DNA of 64,000 nt from an uncultured Nitrososphaerota archaeon (GTDB lineage Archaea; Thermoproteota; Methanomethylicia; Culexarchaeales; Culexmicrobiaceae): assembly GCA_964462875.1 (NCBI GenBank), contig CAYWZQ010000010.1:3880-67879 (forward strand), written 5' to 3'. Under the pieces are notes generated by a model that had not been told where the DNA came from, did no database searches, and saw only the letters and a program-made list of their open reading frames with translations. Below are positions 56,532 to 64,000 of this stretch, in pieces; the first letter of the stretch is position 1, and the number at the start of each line of letters is the position of its first letter. The translations under genes and the position numbers were made by a program.

Positions 56532-56846
56532 TTACACCTCCCTCTCCTCAACCAACATTAAAATCTCAGAATCACCCGGATCAATTATTGTTAATGCAGA
56601 TACCATGAAGGGCTTACCGCATAGAACTCCAAGATCCCAACTAGTTCCGCGATAAACATATACAGGTATGCGAGATAGCTTGGCATAATACATTATATCG
56701 CTTTTAACATCTTCAGGGCAGTTTGAGGCTACTATTATAAGCCTACCCTTACCTAGCTTAGCGAACTTAATAGCTGATTTTGAGCCAAGTACTACCTTTC
56801 CAGTTCTCAGAGCTATTTTAAGCTCTCGTTCTAAGTCAACAGACAT
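56532..56846 (-). CDS. rpl30e: 50S ribosomal protein L30e
   Basis: MSVDLERELKIALRTGKVVLGSKSAIKFAKLGKGRLIIVASNCP... ATG 56846 is preferred; the 29 extra residues in the track are non-homologous. Confidence 0.9.
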   Translation of the reverse strand: MSVDLERELKIALRTGKVVLGSKSAIKFAKLGKGRLIIVASNCPEDVKSDIMYYAKLSRIPVYVYRGTSWDLGVLCGKPFMVSALTIIDPGDSEILMLVEEREV

Positions 56847-56941
56847 GAGGGGCCACTCCATTTTAATTGGGCATAGCGATTTCAGTACGGCGCATACCAT
56901 TGCTAAGTGCTTCGAATAAGCTAAACTGTTCACTAGGGAAA

Positions 56942-60780
<3,839 letters not shown>

Positions 60781-60783
60781 CTC

Positions 60784-63700
60784 CTATACCTTCTCGCTTA
60801 AAATTAGTCTTGGAGCAATGCACAGCGACATTAGCTCTTGTAGTAGTAGCTTGAATGCATAGGACATCACTACTGGGGATATCTTAGCTTTATCTCCACA
60901 GAGCCTGCAATAGTATCTATCCTTTATCCTATCGTAGTAAGCTAGGAAACCGCAGTTCTCACATACATATACTACTGTTCTATCCGACTCATCTAAAAGC
61001 CGCTCCTTAAGTAGGAGGGCTGCTCCGTGACCTATTAAGCAGTCCCTCTCCATTTCACCGAATCTTAATCCACCTTCTCTTGCTCTACCCTCGGTTGGCT
61101 GTCTCGTTAATATCTGGATTGGACCTCTAGCCCTTGCATGTATTTTATCTGCAACCATGTGATGCAGTTTCTGATAGTACACTACACCAATGAATATTTC
61201 AGCTTTAAACATTTGACCAGTTCTACCATCATACATTACTTCACATCCATTTGGTTTGAAGCCGAGCTTCTTTAGCGCCTCTCTTAAGTCCTCCTCCCTC
61301 TCACCGCTAAATGGTGTTCCATCAACAAGCCTACCTTCGAGTGCGGCTACTTTGCCCGCAATACTCTCTATTAGCTGGCCTATCGTCATTCTTGAGGGTA
61401 TGGCGTGCGGATTTATTATTAGGTCTGGAACTATTCCATCTTCAGTGAACGGCATGTCTTCTTGAGGAACTATTAAGCCAATAACTCCCTTCTGGCCATG
61501 CCTTGAAGCGAACTTGTCTCCAAGCTCAGGTACTCTCAAATCTCTCACCCTAACCTTAACTAGCTTATCGCCCTCAGCCGTCTTGGTTATCATTACGCAG
61601 TCAACTACACCCTTCTCTCCGTGACGCATGCTAAGAGAAGTTTCTCTGCGCCTCCTCTCGACGACGCCCATTCCTCTTGGTTCTTCGAGGAATCTTGGTG
61701 GGCTGGTTCTTCCAACTAATACTACTCCGCCGGAAACCTCTATTTCAGGCTCTATAATTCCATCTTCACCTAGAAACCTGTAGTCATCTGCAGTCCTATA
61801 ACCTCTAACTGATGGATCTGGAATTTCAATTTTATCCACTTCACCTCCAGGATACTTCTTTTCTTCAATTTCATAGCATCTGAAGAATGTTGAGTGAGCT
61901 AATCCCCTCTCTATAGCCGACTTGTTGATTATTAGCGCATCTTCAATGTTGTAGCCGCTATAGGATAGCACTGCAACTATGAAGTTTTGGCCTGCAGGCC
62001 TCCTATCATATCCAACCACATCCATGCCCCTCGTCTTCACTAAGGGCTTTTGCGGATAATGGAGTAGATGTGCTCGAGAATCCATTCTCAACTGATAGTT
62101 TAGGGCGTAGAGCCCTAGTGCTTGCTTGGCCATGGCTGCCTCATATGAGTTTCTCGGGGACTGATTATGCTCCGCGTAAGGTATAACTGAAGCGCAAACT
62201 CCAAGTATTGTTGCTGGAGCAATTTCTAGGTGTGTATGCTCGGGAGTTACATCTTCAGGATTTAGTGCTATGTAAGCATTTTCCTCTTCTTCAGCATCTA
62301 GGTACTCGATTAACCCGGCATTGATGAGGTCACTCCAAGTCCATTCTCCATTTCTGAGCTTCTCTACATGCTCCTTCTTCACCTTCACTTCACCATTTTC
62401 GACGATTATTAATGGTCTGCGGACCCTGCCCCTATCACAGTTCACGTAGACTTCATTGATGTACTCATCCCTATAGTGGGCTATGTTGACTTCATGGGAT
62501 ATCTTACCCTCCCTTCGAAGCTTTCTAACTTCAATGCAGAGGGCCTCCGGTTCCGGATGCACTCCTATGAGCCTACCGTTCAGGAAAACTTTTGCACCCT
62601 TAATTTTCTCCCTTCTAGCCCTTTCAATTGGTTCAACACCAAGCTTATAGAGTAGGCGCTCAACAACTTTTTCATCGCATCCAACCGATATTGTCGCCAT
62701 TAAGGCCAGGTTTTTAACTAATCCGCAGTTGGGTCCTTCAGGTGTCTCATTTGGACATAGCCTACCCCACTGGGTTGGATGTAGATCTCTCGCCTCGAAG
62801 TGTGGCTGGCTTCTACTTAGAGGGGAAACAACTCTCCTCAAATGGCTTAGCGTTGATAGGTAGTTTGTTCTATCTAGAAGCTGGCTGACGCCAGCTTTCC
62901 CTCCAACCCAATTGCCAGTTGCAAGTGCATGGCGCAGCCTCTCGGTTATCACATCTGCTCTAACGAGGGTTGCAACATTAACTCTCCTACCCCTACTTCT
63001 AGCCCTCTCAAGCTGATACTTAACATCTCTACAGAAGCTTCTGAAAGCAACTCTGAACAAGCTCATTAGCAGGTCTCCAGCCAATTTCAGCCTCTTATTA
63101 GCATAGTGGTCTTTATCGTCGGGCTTCCTCCTCCCAAGAACTAGCTCTAAGAGCTTTTCCGCCATTTGCCCTAGGAAGTAAGCTTTCTTCTTCCTATCCC
63201 TTGGAGAGCTACCTAGATGCGGAAGGAAGTAGCGGTCTAAAACATGCTGTGCCCTCTGAACTCTATATTCCCTGGCCTGTCCAATGGCAATTCTATTACC
63301 AATATAGTCCAGTGCATTTTCAACACTTGTAACTGCAGAAGCCTGCTCAATTGACGGTATTAATAATTGCTGAATTTCAGGGTCATCAGATACTGCCTCA
63401 ACAATTTCCCTGTCAGTCTTCAATCCAAGAGCTCTCATTAAAATTACGAGTGGAATCTTACCTGGAACAGATGGAAATGATACGTGGAGAGTTCCATCCT
63501 TAGCCCTCTCCATTGTAACTGGAACTCTATATCCAGCAGCTGCTGAAAAAACCTTAGCTACGTGAGTAGCAGATGAGCCTGGACCAGCATAGTCGACTAG
63601 AATTCTATTGATGGCAAGGTCTTCTTGGGCAACTAGCACTCGCTCGGAGCCATTGATTATGAAGTAGCCTCCCGGATCATCTGGATCTTCACCTCTAGCC

Positions 63701-64000
63701 ATTAATTCCTCCCTGCTCAAACCATAAAGCCTACACTTAACTGACTTGACCATTATTGGTAGGCGGCCAATAAACACCTTAACAGGCTCACCTTCAATTC
63801 CATCCTCTATGGGTATCATGGTTAAGTACATTGAGGAGGCATAGGTTAAGTTTCTAAGCCTAGCCTCCATTGGGTAAACGGGCTCTTCAGAACCATCAGC
63901 TTCACGGACAGTTGGATCCTTAACCTCAATACTACCAAGCTTAATGCTTAAACCAGGAATATCAGTTTCAATAATACCCTGCTCGGCAACTATCTCCTGC
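60784..64000 (-). CDS. rpoB: DNA-directed RNA polymerase subunit B (unsplit), N-terminus beyond window edge
   Basis: The track ORF starts at an internal Met (63870). The frame stays open to 64000, reading ...[54 protein letters not shown]-terminal zinc ribbon [11 protein letters not shown]...CRLCG. Confidence 0.95.
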   Translation of the reverse strand, partial: QEIVAEQGIIETDIPGLSIKLGSIEVKDPTVREADGSEEPVYPMEARLRNLTYASSMYLTMIPIEDGIEGEPVKVFIGRLPIMVKSVKCRLYGLSREELMARGEDPDDPGGYFIINGSERVLVAQEDLAINRILVDYAGPGSSATHVAKVFSAAAGYRVPVTMERAKDGTLHVSFPSVPGKIPLVILMRALGLKTDREIVEAVSDDPEIQQLLIPSIEQASAVTSVENALDYIGNRIAIGQAREYRVQRAQHVLDRYFLPHLGSSPRDRKKKAYFLGQMAEKLLELVLGRRKPDDKDHYANKRLKLAGDLLMSLFRVAFRSFCRDVKYQLERARSRGRRVNVATLVRADVITERLRHALATGNWVGGKAGVSQLLDRTNYLSTLSHLRRVVSPLSRSQPHFEARDLHPTQWGRLCPNETPEGPNCGLVKNLALMATISVGCDEKVVERLLYKLGVEPIERARREKIKGAKVFLNGRLIGVHPEPEALCIEVRKLRREGKISHEVNIAHYRDEYINEVYVNCDRGRVRRPLIIVENGEVKVKKEHVEKLRNGEWTWSDLINAGLIEYLDAEEEENAYIALNPEDVTPEHTHLEIAPATILGVCASVIPYAEHNQSPRNSYEAAMAKQALGLYALNYQLRMDSRAHLLHYPQKPLVKTRGMDVVGYDRRPAGQNFIVAVLSYSGYNIEDALIINKSAIERGLAHSTFFRCYEIEEKKYPGGEVDKIEIPDPSVRGYRTADDYRFLGEDGIIEPEIEVSGGVVLVGRTSPPRFLEEPRGMGVVERRRRETSLSMRHGEKGVVDCVMITKTAEGDKLVKVRVRDLRVPELGDKFASRHGQKGVIGLIVPQEDMPFTEDGIVPDLIINPHAIPSRMTIGQLIESIAGKVAALEGRLVDGTPFSGEREEDLREALKKLGFKPNGCEVMYDGRTGQMFKAEIFIGVVYYQKLHHMVADKIHARARGPIQILTRQPTEGRAREGGLRFGEMERDCLIGHGAALLLKERLLDESDRTVVYVCENCGFLAYYDRIKDRYYCRLCGDKAKISPVVMSYAFKLLLQELMSLCIAPRLILSEKV

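Overview
AT-rich archaeal core-chromosome segment. Gene content looks Crenarchaeota/Thermoprotei-like: unsplit rpoB with split rpoA'/A'', aIF5A, L30e, Pus10, RtcB/archease, and tRNA introns including one at a non-canonical position. It is dominated by information-processing genes: rpoB-rpoA'-rpoA''-rpl30e-nusA, rpl3-rpl4-rpl23-rpl2, rps7-tuf-rps10, rps12, rpl21e-rpoF-DUF655-ksgA, hisS, pheST, srp54, aIF5A, map, and many RNA-modification enzymes. I find 9 tRNA genes (3 with introns). I also find an SRP (7S) RNA that the ORF track mis-reads as three GC-rich ORFs. Energy metabolism is represented by two 2-oxoacid:ferredoxin oxidoreductase clusters. One (alpha-beta-gamma, no delta) is packed into a single co-directional gene string with an Mvh-type [NiFe]-hydrogenase (mvhD-G-A); this is the most system-like and possibly undescribed arrangement here. 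Other points worth a second look:
- a KaiC-like ATPase plus HTH partner cassette destroyed by clustered frameshifts between two tRNA genes
- a TrmY gene whose homologous N-terminus has no canonical start and apparently begins at ATT overlapping the srp54 stop codon
- a C5 cytosine methyltransferase with a PCE motif IV, translationally coupled to a SPOUT-like protein
- an unannotated 51-aa 4xCxxC zinc-ribbon ORF
- a candidate C/D box sRNA
- a break or inversion in the conserved nusA-rps12-rps7 order
I saw no CRISPR array, transposase, integrase or obvious defence island; most of the window is ordinary conserved core genome. Product calls rest on recognising motifs in the translated ORFs from memory, with no database search. 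Hand-derived coordinates (tRNAs, ncRNAs, refined starts) may be off by 1-2 nt.
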